A DNA stretch of 64,000 nt, taken from Moniliella sp. 'wahieum' (Eukaryota). Shown piece after piece: positions 1 to 13,450 of the stretch. The notes beneath the pieces are model-generated. The model did no database searches, was not told where the DNA came from, and worked only from the letters and a program-made list of their open reading frames with translations. Position 1 is the stretch's first letter, and each line of letters opens with the position of its first letter. The stretch lies in NCBI GenBank assembly GCA_003971905.1, contig RSEE01000048.1, positions 186,001 through 250,000 of the forward strand. The letters run 5' to 3'. The translations under genes were made by a program, and so were the position numbers.

Positions 1-284
1 ATTTCAGAAATTTCACGCTTGATCTAAGTTCCCATTTCCAACTGCGTCAGGCCTCACCTCAGGCCGGCCAAGTGCAGGTCCTTATACTCGCTGGCTGTGC
101 CAACATACTGTTTGTCTATGGCAGGGAAACAATGGAATGGGTTATGCAGATCCATGATCATGGAAAGAACAGACACACAGAGATGAACTAGATGAGTGGA
201 AATCAGTGCAGGCAAACAAGGCCAACAAGTCAGTCAAACGTAATCTTGGTCCCTTGGCTGCCCTCAGCAATTGCCCCCGACTGC

Positions 285-1514
285 TTAGCCACTGCCGATG
301 CTACCGTTGGAGGATTGGAGGGGTTGTCGGTTCGGCCGGGCCTCCTCCGAATCCGACTTATCGTCATCCCATCGCACACGCTTGTTTTGGCTCTTGACTG
401 GCGTTTCAGCTTCCTCCTGGGCTTTCGCGAGGCGCTGGCGCCGCTCCTCAACCATCCGCATCCGGCGATCAAACATGATCTTTTCCGACGTAGTCATCTC
501 CCGTGCGGCGCCTTCCATGGGCGGAAGCAGAGATTCGATGGTCTGCTCTTGTTCATCCGGAGGGGGGACACTGAAAGGACGCCGGAGTAGACTGCCATGC
601 AGCGTAAGCATGTGCTTGGCGACGGTCATGCTCACGATAGTGAACGTCAACTTGCCGTCTGCGCCGCCAAGGCGCGAGAGGTCGTCCTTGTTCCGCCAGT
701 AGCCAAGGGAATGAGGTGCATCTCCTCTTCATCCTGGTCAAAGGGCTGCTCCGCGGCAGTGTCATTCTCATCCTGCTCAGGCGCCTCCGATTCGTCATGG
801 ATAAACTCCCAACGAGTGAGGTCAATGTGCTGCGAGCTGATCGACGCGTTGAACAAGCCATCGAGCAACAGCGACACATGCGATGGCGACGACAAGATGA
901 TCTTCCCCTCCACCTTCATGCCTATCCTCGGGCTCCACACTAGACATCCGACTTGGATGGGGACCAATCCGAACGCGCCATCGGCCTCGATCCGGCCGGT
1001 GGGACGCTGGAAGGACTTGGGGGTGGCGTGGTGGGTAACAAGAACACCTTCAAGCTCAGTACGTACCTGAAAACTCCCGCGTTAGTCGCTCAGATCATCA
1101 AGACAAAGGGGGAGTGGGATCAGAGGGAAAAAAGCAAAACGTACTGGCAAGAGCATCGTGTCGAACAGCTCGGCCACCGCTTGGGTTGGGTCGGCTGCAA
1201 AGACGGGGGGATAGCCATGTGAAGGGTAGGGTACATTTTGCGGTAGCATGACACTGCCCCTGAGGTCTCGTCCGAGTCGACATCGTCAAGCGGGGGCTGG
1301 TCGGAGGCACGGGGGCGGCGACTGCTCTCTTCAGAGTGGGAATGGACTTGGACTTGGAATGGGACTTGGACTTGTGGGTCTTGCTGCTGCTGTGCTTGTC
1401 GCTGGAGCGGGGCTTGGTGTGCTTGTCTGATTTTCCTTCGCTGGTGCGGGGCTTTTTGGACTTGCGCTCGGCGGGCGAGGGATTCTTGCGCTTAGATGGC
1501 GCGTCTGAAGACAT
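285..1514 (-). CDS. RPA43: RNA polymerase I subunit A43 (Rpa43 family), frameshifted in this assembly
   Basis: ATG at 1514 (MSSDAPSKRK, Lys/Ser-rich N-terminus). Intron ~1067-1144 (GTACGT..CTAAC..CAG). OB-fold segment 'CLVWSPRIGMKVEGKIILSSPSHVSLLLDGLFNASISSQHI' and 'FTIVSMTVAKHMLTLHGSL' resemble fungal Rpa43. Confidence 0.8.
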
Positions 1515-1960
1515 GGTGGTGGTAGGGTTGGGGGGGCGGGTGGCAGAGAAGGTGTGGAGGGGCGCAAATATTTTTTCCTGGCTGGCTGGAGGACGCGGAT
1601 GTGAGGGGGGGGATGGGTGTGACGGCGTTGCACCGAACAGGGGTCTTGCGAAGGCGATGCAGTTTAGCATCTGAGATTAGATTTCAGATTTCAGAGAGAA
1701 GCTCCAACGCGCGCGACGGCACTGGGATACACATCATGCATCATGCATCAATGTTTGCGGCGGGCACAGTGGCGCTGCGCTGACGACCATTTTTTTTTTT
1801 TTTTCGTTCCGCCGGCGGTCGTAGGACCGTTTTGCTTGAGTGCGCAAGTGCGGGTCTGGCCGCCGGTCTGTGCGCTGGGCTTGTTGGTCTCGTCACTTTT
1901 TGCTTGTGGGCCCCTCAACGCCAAACTTTTGCCACCACCCTTCTTCCTTACCACCCCACC

Positions 1961-2673
1961 ATGGCTGCTGAGGTTCCTACATTCAAGCTTGTGCTAGGTG
2001 CGTGTCCCCCCTGCCATTCTTTCCTTGCTCCCATCCCGTCCTAACCGGTCGCTCTCTTTCGCTCAGTCGGCGATGGCGGTACGGGCAAGACCACGTTTGT
2101 CAAGCGCCACTTGACGGGCGAATTTGAGAAGAAGTACATTGCCACCCTCGGTGTCGAAGTCCACCCGCTCTCTTTCCACACCAACTTTGGCAACATTGTC
2201 TTCAACGTCTGGGACACTGCCGGCCAGGAGAAGTTTGGTGGTCTGCGCGACGGCTACTACATCCAGGGCCAGTGCGGCATCATCATGTTTGACGTTACTT
2301 CGCGCATCACATACAAGAACGTGCCCAACTGGTACCGTGATCTGGAGCGCGTTTGCGAGAACATCCCCATCGTTCTCTGCGGAAAAAGGTGGACGTCAAG
2401 GAGCGCAAGGTGAAGACGGGCGCTGTCACTTTCCACCGCAAAAAGAACCTGCAGTACTTCGAAATCTCGGCCAAGAGCAACTACAACTTTGAGAAGCCTT
2501 TCCTCTGGCTCGCCCGCAAGCTCGTCGGCAACAACAATCTCGAGTTTGTTGCCGCGCCGGCTCTCGCTCCTCCCGAGGTTCAGGTCGATGCGGCTCTGAT
2601 GCAGAAGTACCAGCAGGAGCTTGACACGGCCGCGGCCGCCCCGCTGCCGGACGAGGACGATGGCGACTTTTAA
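1961..2673 (+). CDS. GSP1: Ran GTPase (Gsp1/Spi1)
   Basis: [12 protein letters not shown], intron 1998-2066, then [15 protein letters not shown] and [14 protein letters not shown], ending in acidic DEDDGDF. One base is missing in the GNKVD motif at ~2385. Confidence 0.98.
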
Positions 2674-3109
2674 GCGACGCGCATCAGTCGTACCTGTATT
2701 CGCCTTACACTCCCTCGTTTCTGTCTCCCTTTTACTTGAAAGGGCTCGTGCCCCAAGCGCTTTTTTCGGTCCCTGTCTGCGTCATATCCAATTCGTCCGG
2801 GCGTCCACGATGCATGACGACCCCAGAATCCATTTCCCCCGCATGCGGCTCTTGGCCAATTTTTTCTGCATTGGCTAGCCGAATAGATAGCCCGCGAGCT
2901 ACATGCATATCGAGTACCATCGTCGAACATGCAGGAGAGGGGAGCAACACTTACAATAGATGAAATATAAGTAGACGTGTGCTCAGCCTGAAGAAGCAGA
3001 AGAGAATGCAAGGGAAGGCGGCAGGGAAAAGACAGGTCAAGATTCTGCATCTGACAGGATTGGTTCCCCGTTCCAGATTTTGACTTGGTTCTGCCGCGAG
3101 GACCGGCGT

Positions 3110-4974
3110 TTAGATGAGAGGCATTGATCCGACGAAGGCGGAGACGCCGGACGGGCAGGCAAGAAAGGGGTGAAGGAGCGGACCGAGGGTTGAAGCGGGT
3201 TTAATGCACTGCCCTGTGTTGAAAAAGTCGGCAGCCCTGCGGGCGACAGCCAAGCCTGCCAACGCGCCTTCTCGCTCCCGGAGCAACTTGTTGTGCGACC
3301 CCGCATCCGGCACGAAAAAGTACCTTTTCGGCCGTTTGCGGTGCGTTTTATCCTCATCCAGCGCAGACGAGGTTAGGTCGAAGCTAGGTCGTGACTGAGC
3401 CTGCTAGGGTTTCGATTGGACGCGTCAGGGGCATGGGAAACCTCATTGGGCGGGGGACGGTCGGGAGGATCCATTACGAATGCCCCCATTCGCCGGGGGA
3501 GGGGCCAGGGCAAAGCTGCCCAGGCCTGGCTTGAGCTGGGGGTCCTTGGCGCTATCGTCATCTCCCTTTTGTTGGGCCATCGGTACCTCATCCTCCGAGT
3601 CGCTCAGGTCGTTGCCTGCCTGGAGACGTGGTTATCACGCAGTTTGCGGCTGATGCGTACGTCCAGATCCGAGTCCTCGTCATCAGAGTGCTCTGCCATG
3701 GCGCTGCCAGCACCCGACTCGACCATGGGCCGCGACTGGACGCCTGGGCAAAGGGCATATCTTTGAGATGTTGAAGGATTTGGACACTGTAGAGGAGCGA
3801 GGATCACTGGCATGTCAGAGCTGCTTACGAGGTGGCGTAGGAGTGTAACGTACCGGATTGACTCAAGGTATTGGCGCGTATTGTTGTCAGCCATGCTGTT
3901 ACGTGGCACATTGAGCTTGTATTCGGGCCAAAATACTCCATGTACTGGTTGTAGGGTAAGTTCTCGTCCAGCTCCTTGTTGCAGATAATGCCCGTCTCGT
4001 TGGTCCAGGTACGCGCGACGTTGCGGATCGTGTACCCACCTCCACCGACCGTCATCATGGGGATTCCAAACGACTTGACAAAGCGCACACAATCGGAATG
4101 GCCTTGCATCGACAGGTTGAAAGAACCGAGCTTGTCCCCGGCTAAGCTGTCTGTCCCACACTGCAGCACGATCGCCCCCGGCCGGAACCAGGCGATAATG
4201 TGGCCAATGACTTCACGAAAGATGAACCCATACGACTCATCGCTGATCCCGTCGCGCAACGGCACGTTGACAGCATACCCCTTTCCTCTGCGGACACCAA
4301 TGTCGTCCACATGGCCCGTACCGGGGAAAAAGTCGCCGTACTTGTGAAAGGAGCAGGTCATGACACTGGTTGGTGTGTAGAATGCCTCCTCTACCCCGTC
4401 TCCATGGTGAACGTCAATGTCAATGTAGAGCACGCGAGGATGTACTTTGAGCAACTCAAGAACAGCAAGAACAATGTCGTTGACGTAGCAAAAGCCGCTC
4501 GCCTCGCGCTTCTTGGCGTGGTGCAGGCCACCACCCCAGTTGATGCAGATGTCGGAAGCACCTTGATTGAGCTTGGCGGCGGCGGACACGGAACCACCGG
4601 CGGAAATGGTGCAAAATTCATACAGCCCCTCAAATCCAGGGCAGTCGTCCCCGTAGAGGTAGCGGGTGCCGCCAAAGGTTAGCTTCTCCACCGTCTCAGG
4701 GGAGCAGTGCTGGAGAAAGTCGATGTATTCGTCGGTGTGGAAGCGGGTCAAGACCGCAGGTGTGGCACGGGTCGGGCGAAGAACCTGCATGTGCTGGTAC
4801 AGGCCGTAGTTGAGGATAAGGTTGTTGGCCATGCGCATGCGATGGGGCTTCATGGGGTGCCCATAGCCATACGAGTAGTTGCCCACGTCGTGGTCGTAGA
4901 AGTAGGACACGCGCTGCTTGGTCCCGAGCGAGCGCTCGGGGGGGGGCTCGGATGCCTGCGTTCGCCACCGACAT
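3110..4974 (-). CDS. Class I histone deacetylase (Rpd3/Clr6 family)
   Basis: [56 protein letters not shown] and [14 protein letters not shown] motifs in ORF 3825-5045. Probable start MSVANAG at 4974. Intron ~3788-3853. C-terminal boundary is uncertain because of frameshifts. Confidence 0.93.
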
Positions 4975-6179
4975 GGCCCAAGCAATGAGGGCAGATGGAG
5001 ATGGTGGCGAGGTAGAAGTGTGCGGGGTGCCCCGGACTGGATCACGCCCAGCTGCCAGCCCAGAGCAGGCGAACGCGAGGAAATGAAAGTTGCATGCGGC
5101 CAATTGCGACGACGATTACGTATGTGCTGCCGCTTTCGGTCTGATCGACATCTGGATTAGATCGATTTATCGATTAAGCGATAATCGATAATCGGCTGAT
5201 GATCATCGAGCATCGATCAGCGCTCAGCGCAGCCGACGCTCCTGTGGCGTCCAAAGCGCCAGGAGAACTTACCAGGCTCCAACGCATCGGCTACGGGGAC
5301 CATTGAATCGACGAGGAACTGCCTCAACCCGTGGGCGCCTCTCGGCATCCAGCCGAGGTCATCAAGACGGCCGCTTCTCTGACTGTTTCCCCTAGCTTGG
5401 CGCAGGGGCGCATATGTGGCAAAAAACCGGTTGGGGTCCCCTCCAGTGAAGAACCCACACGAAAACTACAAGAGAGACGGGTTTGTAACGGGGCGACACG
5501 GCGGGCGAGCGAGCCCGGCCAAAGTCATACGCTCTCCTTGTCCCCCCTGCCTGGGTTGTGTCTACACGTCACGCGTCACGACAGGAAGGGCCTGTCTGAA
5601 CACACAGTACGTTGAACGTTGAACCAACCCATGTACTCCATTGCGTCTAAACAGAGTACGTTCCCTGCAACTTGGATCGAGCCCCTTTTCCATTCGACCA
5701 AGGTATCCGTGCGTTGGCGTTTTGGGTCTCTGATTTGCCTTGAAGTATTTGTGGACTATTTTGGTCGTGGACGCAAGCGAGCTTTTCTGAGTTTAACTTC
5801 CGGATCTAGGCGAGTTACATAGTTCCCTGGTATGTGCGTTTGGCTTCGCTGCGAGGCTCTTACCTGAGCACCCTGAGCCTCAGGCCTCATGCTGGCCTCA
5901 TGCATCAGCGCATCAGCAATCCGGGTTTCTTCCGCCTCGATCCAAGACGAATGGAAAGTCAAAGAGGGCGTTCATTCTTTGAAATTAAGGAAGATGCAAG
6001 AAGGGGGAGTGGCACTGAGAGTTATATCTAGGTAGGAGAGAGACGCTTTTCCACCTTCAAATTGTCTTCAGCTTGATTGTTCAGGTCTCAGAACAACGGC
6101 TACGAAAGTTGGTCCCTGGAATGGTAGCGATGCTTGTCCATATCCATCGCAATGACAGAGTACTTTTGAGATAGCCGAC

Positions 6180-8217
6180 TTACGCTTCAGCACAAGTGTC
6201 GGCGGCCACGGTCCAGATGGCTGCCGAAAGGGTGCCGCGGGCAACAGGGTCCGGATGGCTCAGTCCCAGACGAGCCAGCAGATCATCCCCAGCACCCAGG
6301 TGCGGGGTCGAGGACAAGGATGCCAACAAGTTCGGTAGCTCAATGCGGTCAATGGCCTTGGCGACTGCTGAGCGAGTCAATCGACCAGACGTAGGGCCCA
6401 ACTGCGCCTTGACGGCCTGCATCACCGTCTCAATTACGTTCCACCCAGGAAGGGCGAGGTGGGGGAAGCGACCCGGCTCGCAACCGACGTTAGCGCCTCC
6501 TCTGCCCGCACCACTTCGTACACAAGTGCTCGGGCCCCTGCCTCAGGCAACGCTTTGGGTGCCAAGGCAATCCCTTGCGCCAAGGCAAAGATGCAAGCAC
6601 GACCAGCAGCATGGGCACCTTGAATATAACCCTGCTCCAGCGAATCGAGTTTGGTATGCAGGAAGAGGGGCAGACCCAAAATGGCCTGCCACATGGCCGT
6701 CCAGTCCATACTTGCCCTTCCTCGTCGTGGGGTGCGAGGATGCCTTTGCGAACGCATTGAGGGACAATGCCCAAACCCGAAGTGCCAGTGCGTGCCCGGC
6801 GCCATCAAGGCGGCGACCTAGGTTGTGGCGCAGAAAGCAACAAGCCACATACAGAGCGTGTAGTGGGCTATGGTTGGCGCCTCTTCGCTTGGGGGGGAGG
6901 CGAGCCAGGAAGGGGCGGGAACAGTAGGTTGGCCATACCGCGCGGTAGCCAGATGGACGGTAGGGGCCCCTAGTGCAGCCGAACATGCTGTGGGGGCACG
7001 GAACAAAATAGAGCTCAGAGTGCTCAGAGCCAAATGGGCATACGCATTGGCTCGGGGGGAAGCAGATGCGTTGGTGGATAGATAACTAGCCAAACTGATC
7101 ACCGGCGCGACGGCCACCGGACTATCCGATTCGGTACGGAGCATCAAGTCCAAGAATCGATGGTTGAGGTTGCACAAGAGAAAGACAGGCAGCAAAGACA
7201 AGGTTGCTTTACAGGTCTGTCTCCTCATAACGGTTCGTCAGTGAGGTTGTTCATGTAGCAAAGTGGACGGGGGTAGCACACACAAAGCACTTGGGGAGAT
7301 TTGGCTGGTTTGCGGCGAATGTCGTGGCCTTGACATGGATTGAGGCCACAAGGAGGTGGAAAGCCACTCTGCCCATGTTTGGCTCGATGGATCGAGAGCG
7401 GGTTGGATGGGGTCCGGGTCGTATGCCTCGACCGCCTCGGCAAAGGCGGAAGCTGAGACAGATGCAACGGCACCCAGCTCGGTCCGCGTGTCCCATGCAG
7501 CAAGATGGTGTGCATATCTGGATGCGTGCGCGGCAGCGGCGGCAGTATCGAGGGCGGCTTGGGGCGTGAGACGGAGGGAGGCGGGTACACAGGAAGCAGT
7601 GTACATTAGGGCAAAGATGAGGGATGTGCGGGCGATAAGTAGGTCCAATGCGGGAGTGTGGTGGGCAGCAGCAGCGAGCAAGGCGCGGAGCTGGGGGAAC
7701 AAGTCTGGCTGGAGGAATGTGCTGGCAAGGGAGGAACGGCCGGCGCGCGCAAGCCAAACGAGCAGGAGCTGGGTGGTTGCCTGCGCCTCGCGCACGGCAT
7801 CTGGGTCGGGAAGGGCGGGGGCGGCAGCTTCCAAGGCCTGCTTGACAGCGGCTACAAGCGTAGCCAGGTCGGCGTCGGCGCTGGCCACGCTGCTGCACAG
7901 GAGACCGAGCATGGTGAGCGGGGGCAAGTTGCGGGCCAGGAGGGCGCCGGCCATGGAGGCAACGAGCTCGGCAGCGGTGTGCATGGTGAGGGGTTCGCGG
8001 GCCTGCCACGTGGCGACGGCATGGGACCAAAGAAGGTATATGCGCCGGCGGGGGGTTGGGCGCGAGTGGGGGAAGTGTCGGCGAGGGCGCGGGCGGGGAT
8101 GTGACGGAGGGCATGGGCGGCGGCCTGGGCGACAGAGGGCTGGCGCAGCAGCGCAGCCACATCGGCGTGCTCGGCGGGGGCGGAGGCGTCCAAGAACGCC
8201 TGGAGACGGTGCTCCAT
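6180..8217 (-). CDS. ARMH3/C10orf76-like armadillo-helical protein (DUF1741)
   Basis: Frameshifted segments 'LLPVFLLCNLNHRFL..ISLASYLSTNASASPRANAYAHLAL', 'CCFLRHNLGRRLD' and 'MDWTAMWQAILGL..FL..LVYEVVRAEEAL' follow the order of conserved blocks I recall for the DUF1741 family. Start MEHRLQAFL at 8217. Confidence 0.65.
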
Positions 8218-9035
8218 GGGGAGGCGGGGGGCGGGGGCGGAGGCGAGGAAGCGAGGGAGAGCCGGGTGGGGCTGGGTGGGCCGAGGCCGAGGCCTTCTGG
8301 GGGGCAGTGTCGGCCGGCTGGATGGGCGCGGGCGGTGGATGGGTGGCCTACGTACGGGCGGCCGGCAGCGGGGGAGCGACACGGCTGTCGGAGGCCATCA
8401 CGCGTCATGCGTCATCCATGCTTGCTCGGTGCAACGCAACCGCCGCCGGATGAAAGTTGCAAACGCTTTAAAGTGCAGGCCTGGGACACAGGAGATGGCG
8501 CTGCGCAGGGGCAGTGTGGGTGCTTATCGCGTGCGAGACACTGTCCCCGCGGCTGGGCTGGCTGGGCGCCGTGGTGGCGCTGTGCCCCAGGCTGCTCCTC
8601 TGCGGCCCCAAAGCGGCAGGGAAGACACTGGAGAATGGTGTGTTCGTATACGTACGCACGTCGCAGCGCACGGGCGCTGTGCTGCGGCGCCCAGCCCCCT
8701 GCAGAGAACAGCAATGGGGTCGATGGACGCGCTTTCACCCAGCCGCGGCCGCCTGATACTCGCCGTCGGAGCACTGGTCCTCCCGACCGCAGGGCTCGCA
8801 CCCAGCACGCAGGACCCAGCACCCACCAGCACTCTTCACCGGCCACGCCGCTCACCCGTCCTGCGTTCGCCTCGGGCCGCACCAGCCGAGCAGCATCCAT
8901 CCACGCCGCCGCCCTCCGCCGCCGCAGCCCCGCCCGCAGGCTATGTATGTGTGCCTGCTTCTTCCACGCCCCTCAAACATTCCCGCCCCGCTCCCGCCCC
9001 TCCTGCCCCTCCTCCTCCACCGCCACTCCACCGCC

Positions 9036-12000
9036 ATGGCGCCCCCCCGAAGTGCGCATCAACAAGGCGTGTGTGCGTTGCCGCGCCAGCAAGCGCCGTT
9101 GCGACGGCGCCCGCCCCAGCTGCGGCGTCTGCCGCGCCATAGGCGTCGACTGCCACTTCTCCTCCGTCCGCATCCCGCGCGGCCCACCCAAGGGCTTCCG
9201 CGCCGCCGGTGCCGAGGGGGTCCGCGCCAAGCTGGTTCGCACCCTCGAGACTACCCTGCGCGATCTAGTTGTCAAGCTGGGCCAGGAGGATGCCGAGGCG
9301 GAGCTCGCCCGTCTCACCTCCCTCCGTGGCATCCGTCTGGCCACCGACGCCACTGACGCCACACACACACAGCAAAAGCAGCAGCAGCAGCAATGCCGAT
9401 CCTTCCCCTGTCATTCCTACAACTCCATATCCGTCTTCGACCCCACCGGTCCCCCCATCAGGCTCTCATCCCAACAACACCACTCTCTTGGCACCCCCTC
9501 GTCCGCCACCTGGACTGGAACGGCCCCTGTAGTAAACAGACATGGCCCCGCCATTGCAGAATGGGCGTTTCCCACCTACTCGGCCCGCAAACGTTCCTTC
9601 CCTGGACCCCCTGAAACGATGCATACCAACAAGCGCGGCCGCCCCGGTTTCGAACGGGACCCACACTTAATTTGGGACGAGTCGGGAGGGGGGTCGTTTG
9701 TGCCGGCTGCCCAACCCCGAGCACGAGAAATCGGCCCCAGTTACCAGCAAGATTCGAACCCTGGCGGAATCCGTCCTCGCTCCGTTTCTCCCACCCAGGC
9801 CTTTACGCCCATTTCTGTTCGTTCACCCGGAGTAGCAGGGCCAAATCCGGCCCCAGGAGACCCCGATCGGAGCCATCGGGAGAGGTATGAGGGAGATACG
9901 TTAGGGATGACGGAAGGCGGGGGTACACTTCACCTAGGCTCATCATCCGGTCTTCAACTTTTATCAGGACGTACTCTCCCTCCGCTACCAGGACGTGGAG
10001 CAACGGCGGGGACGGTCACCTTGCCCTTTGGGCTGAGCCCACTCCGTGATTCTAACCCCCTGCGGCGTCGCAGCATGGGAGGTACTCACAACCATACATC
10101 GCTGTCTGCTTCTCGTACCGACTTGGGCGCACAAAGGACACACTTTGCTTCAGCAGTCCGTCGCTGGGGGTCGGGTACCGAAGGCAATGGACCATTTGTT
10201 TCTACATCGCTTCCTTCGTCCCGCCCCACCTCTCACGAAAAGGCCTCAGGACCAAGCATGAACAAGCCTAAACCCGGTACTATCGCGCTACCCTCTTCCA
10301 CTTACTCGGCGACCGATGGCGTGTGGCCAAGGGCAGAGCACTTCCCACCCCAGGGAGCGCAGGCGTTCTTCCTGCGCCTTCGTCGCCATCGCAACAGCCT
10401 CTTCAACTTGCTCGGGCACCTTCATTTGCTGCTAAACCTGATCAGTTGGATTTAGCGAATGACCCTACAATTAGTGTTGAGGAGTGCAGGCGGTGGTTTG
10501 GGCTGTACTTCAAGGGCTTCCATCCTCTCTGGCCAGTACTATACAAGGTATGTTTTATTTACATCCCCTCTTTCTTGATTGTGTCCATGTTAACTCACCG
10601 CGATCCGTGTGATTAGCCTGCTATTCGTCATATTCCTGCCGAGGTGGTGCACGAGCACTTGGAACGCTGCTTGCTCTATGCCGTGTACGCGATTGCCTCT
10701 TGTATGGCTACACCGGGTAAAGAACATCATGGCGGTAGTGCTGAACGTCAGGCCCAACTTGCCAAGGGTCGTGCCTTTTACCATCGTGCCGAAGAGTACA
10801 TATATGCCTCTCGCCTTCGCCCATCGCTCTCAGCGGTGCAGGCAATGTTCCTATTAGCCATGTACTCGCATGGGACTGGAGATATCTCGCAAGCCTGGCT
10901 TTATCACTCTCTATCAGTCGCTATGGCGCTTGATATGGGCCTTCATCGCTGGCCGATCGATCGATACGACCTGTTCTTTGAAGATAACGAGCGTGAATCC
11001 CGCGTACGCCTCATCTGGCATATTTACATCCTGGGACTTATGCTGGCGGCCGAGATGGGACGGCCTGTTCCACTCAAACGGTCCGACATTGACATGCCCT
11101 TCCTCTCTGAAACCCAAGAGGATGACATGGAATTGGTGAATTTGGACGGATTTGAGCCAACGGATTCCGAAGCGAAAAATGGGGACGGAGCATCCATCTC
11201 GGTCGGACCCCGTCGGCTGCATGTAGCGGCCTGCATTAACCTGAGCATCTCACTCTTCACCATCATCGAACGAATTCTTACCGAGTTCCATTCATATGGA
11301 CGCAAAGCTGCTCTTCGCAAGCGCAAGGACGAAGTTAAATCCTTGGTGACTGAGATGGATCAGGCGCTGGATCAATGGCACGCGGAGTGTGCCGCCCCAC
11401 TTTCGTGCAGACCAGCATCTGGAGCACCTTCAGCGAGACAAAAGCCAAAACTCAGTGCCCTCCCTGCTTTTGTTGCTGTCGAACTCTGGTTCTACACTGC
11501 TAAAATCTTCTGCACCGCAACTTTATTCCCCAAGATGAAGGGGATACCTTGTCTGACATTTTGGCAAACGATTCGTTTCGCAAAGCCACCAATGCAGCCC
11601 AAGCGATTTCCGACTGTGCTGGCGCAAGCCGGTGCTTGCGAGTGATTGATCTCCTTTCCGCCGACCTGAGCTACTGTTTCTTCACCGCTGCCGTCATGTG
11701 GGTTTTTGTTGCCAGCCTAAGTGACAAAGCACTTGCACTGAATGCCCAGGAAGGGTATACCCAATGCAGAGATGCTCTGTCTCGTCTTTCGGATACTTGG
11801 CCGACCGCTTCGGGACACAGCAAACTGCTGGATGGGTTTAGTTACCTCACCGAGGGGGTTTGGGACGAACGCGCCGGCAAACTGGTCCCTCGCTCGTCCA
11901 TTGAGAATTCGGGACCTTCGACGCGACGAACGTCGGCCATACACCTCGAGTCACTCCAAAAAGCGGGACGGACGCCCGCACGCCTCTCCTCTCTATTGCC

Positions 12001-12902
12001 ACAGATTCAATCGGACCTGTTCCGGCCCAACCTTCGTCACCGCCACATGCGCCATGGCCAACTAAACTAAGTCCACGCTCCTCCATCAGTGGGCTCCGCC
12101 CCCGGAGCAGCAGCGGGAACAGATGTTCAAATGGTTTGAGCAGTCGGGGGAAAGCGTGCCTGGTCCGAGACCGAGTTTGGCCAATTCGGCACAGCTTTAT
12201 GCCCCGGGGTTATTTGATCTGGAACATGTGTACTACAATGAGTGTCCCGGGTTGGGGTTTGCTTCTTCTTTGCCGACGCCGGATGAGACGCCTGTGGGCT
12301 CTTCAGCTTTGACGTTCGGTTCCAGCGGGCCTTCTGGTGGCGTCGCATTGTACATGCCCAACGCTGGGTCTTCCTCAGGCCCATCTGGAGGTGCAGGTAC
12401 GGAGGCAGAGGTGATGCCGAGCTCCTATGCCCTGTGTGCCGCCAGCGAGGGGGGCTCTAGCTCTACTTCGGGATCGCTCTATTCTGGTTCGCATCCGCCT
12501 TTGATCTCGCCCACGAGTGTTCCGGACTTGCCGCCTCCGCTGCCGACTGCACGCACGGATCCATGGGCACGACCAACTGGACTTTCCGCGACCGCCTCGG
12601 CTGCCTCCTCACCCGGCATCTTTCAACTACACACCCTCTCTCAGCACGTTGACTATCCTACTCCCCCTCCGCCAGCTTCGATGGCCCACCTATACAGTAC
12701 CCCTCTGGGTCCGATGAGCGGTGCTCCCGTGGGCACCGATGGCAACCCACCGTTGGGCCCCGTGACCTATCCCTCCGGCCCAGGAAGCGCCTCTGTCGTA
12801 CGTGCTGCGGCACTCGACATGGAAGCGCCTGGCCCCAGTGGCGTGCCCGATCTTCTTGCTCTTTTGCAGCTCCCACCTTCGTTTGGCCTGGGATCAGCGT
12901 GA
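9036..12902 (+). CDS. Zn(II)2Cys6 transcription factor with fungal-specific TF (middle homology) domain
   Basis: CVRCRASKRRCDGARPSCGVCRAIGVDC binuclear cluster at ~9070-9153. 'LYFKGFHPLWPVL', intron from ~10548 (GTATGT), and 'VQAMFLLAMYS..AVAMALDMGLHR..ERESRVRLIWHIYIL'. Ser/Pro-rich C-terminus. Several frameshifts. Confidence 0.92.
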
Positions 12903-13083
12903 TTGTTGTTGCCGTGGCTACTGCAGTATATGCCCTTACTTTGGAGGCAAATGATGAGTATCTAGGCTCGAGGTGAGGTGGCCATCTTCTGCGATAGACC
13001 GAGATAGAGAATGTCAGAGAAAAATAGCCCTTAGGTCGCACAAGCAGTCAGCTTCTGATTAACGAAGGAGATAGGCATTGGAT

Positions 13084-13117
13084 ATTGAACGTTCAACGTC
13101 ACTGTTGAACGTTCAAT
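13084..13117. repeat. Perfect 14-bp inverted repeat with 6-bp spacer; each arm contains a 12-bp palindrome
   Basis: ATTGAACGTTCAAC gtcact GTTGAACGTTCAAT, between the Zn2Cys6 gene and the carrier gene. Confidence 0.9.
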
Positions 13118-13450
13118 CTTCCCCACCCCCCAAGGTCGAGTGGACTACGTACTGGCTGGATGACCGATGATCGATCGCAGGCCCAGCGGCGCAGTCCTGC
13201 GGCTGAGGCTCAGCGCTGGTTCAGCTGCAGGCCAAAACGCGCTGAGCCGAGCTCCTTCGATTTGGATTTGGGGCCGTGGCCATCTCAGATCTCAAGCATT
13301 CAGCTACGATCTGTCGACCCCACCACCTCGTCCGCACCATCACTTCTTCAACGCCCAACGTGTAACCCGTTGGAGCGCGCCCCTGTTCCGCCCTACCGTA
13401 CCTCGCCCCGCCTGCCCTCCCCCCTCCCCCTTCAAAAAAGCACACGACAG

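Noticed and set aside
8056..9035. 5' third of the 799-aa ORF 8056-10455
   Set aside because: It is a GC-rich open frame running through the ARMH3-like gene's antisense strand and the divergent promoter. The likely start is the ATG at 9036, next to a poly-C frameshift.
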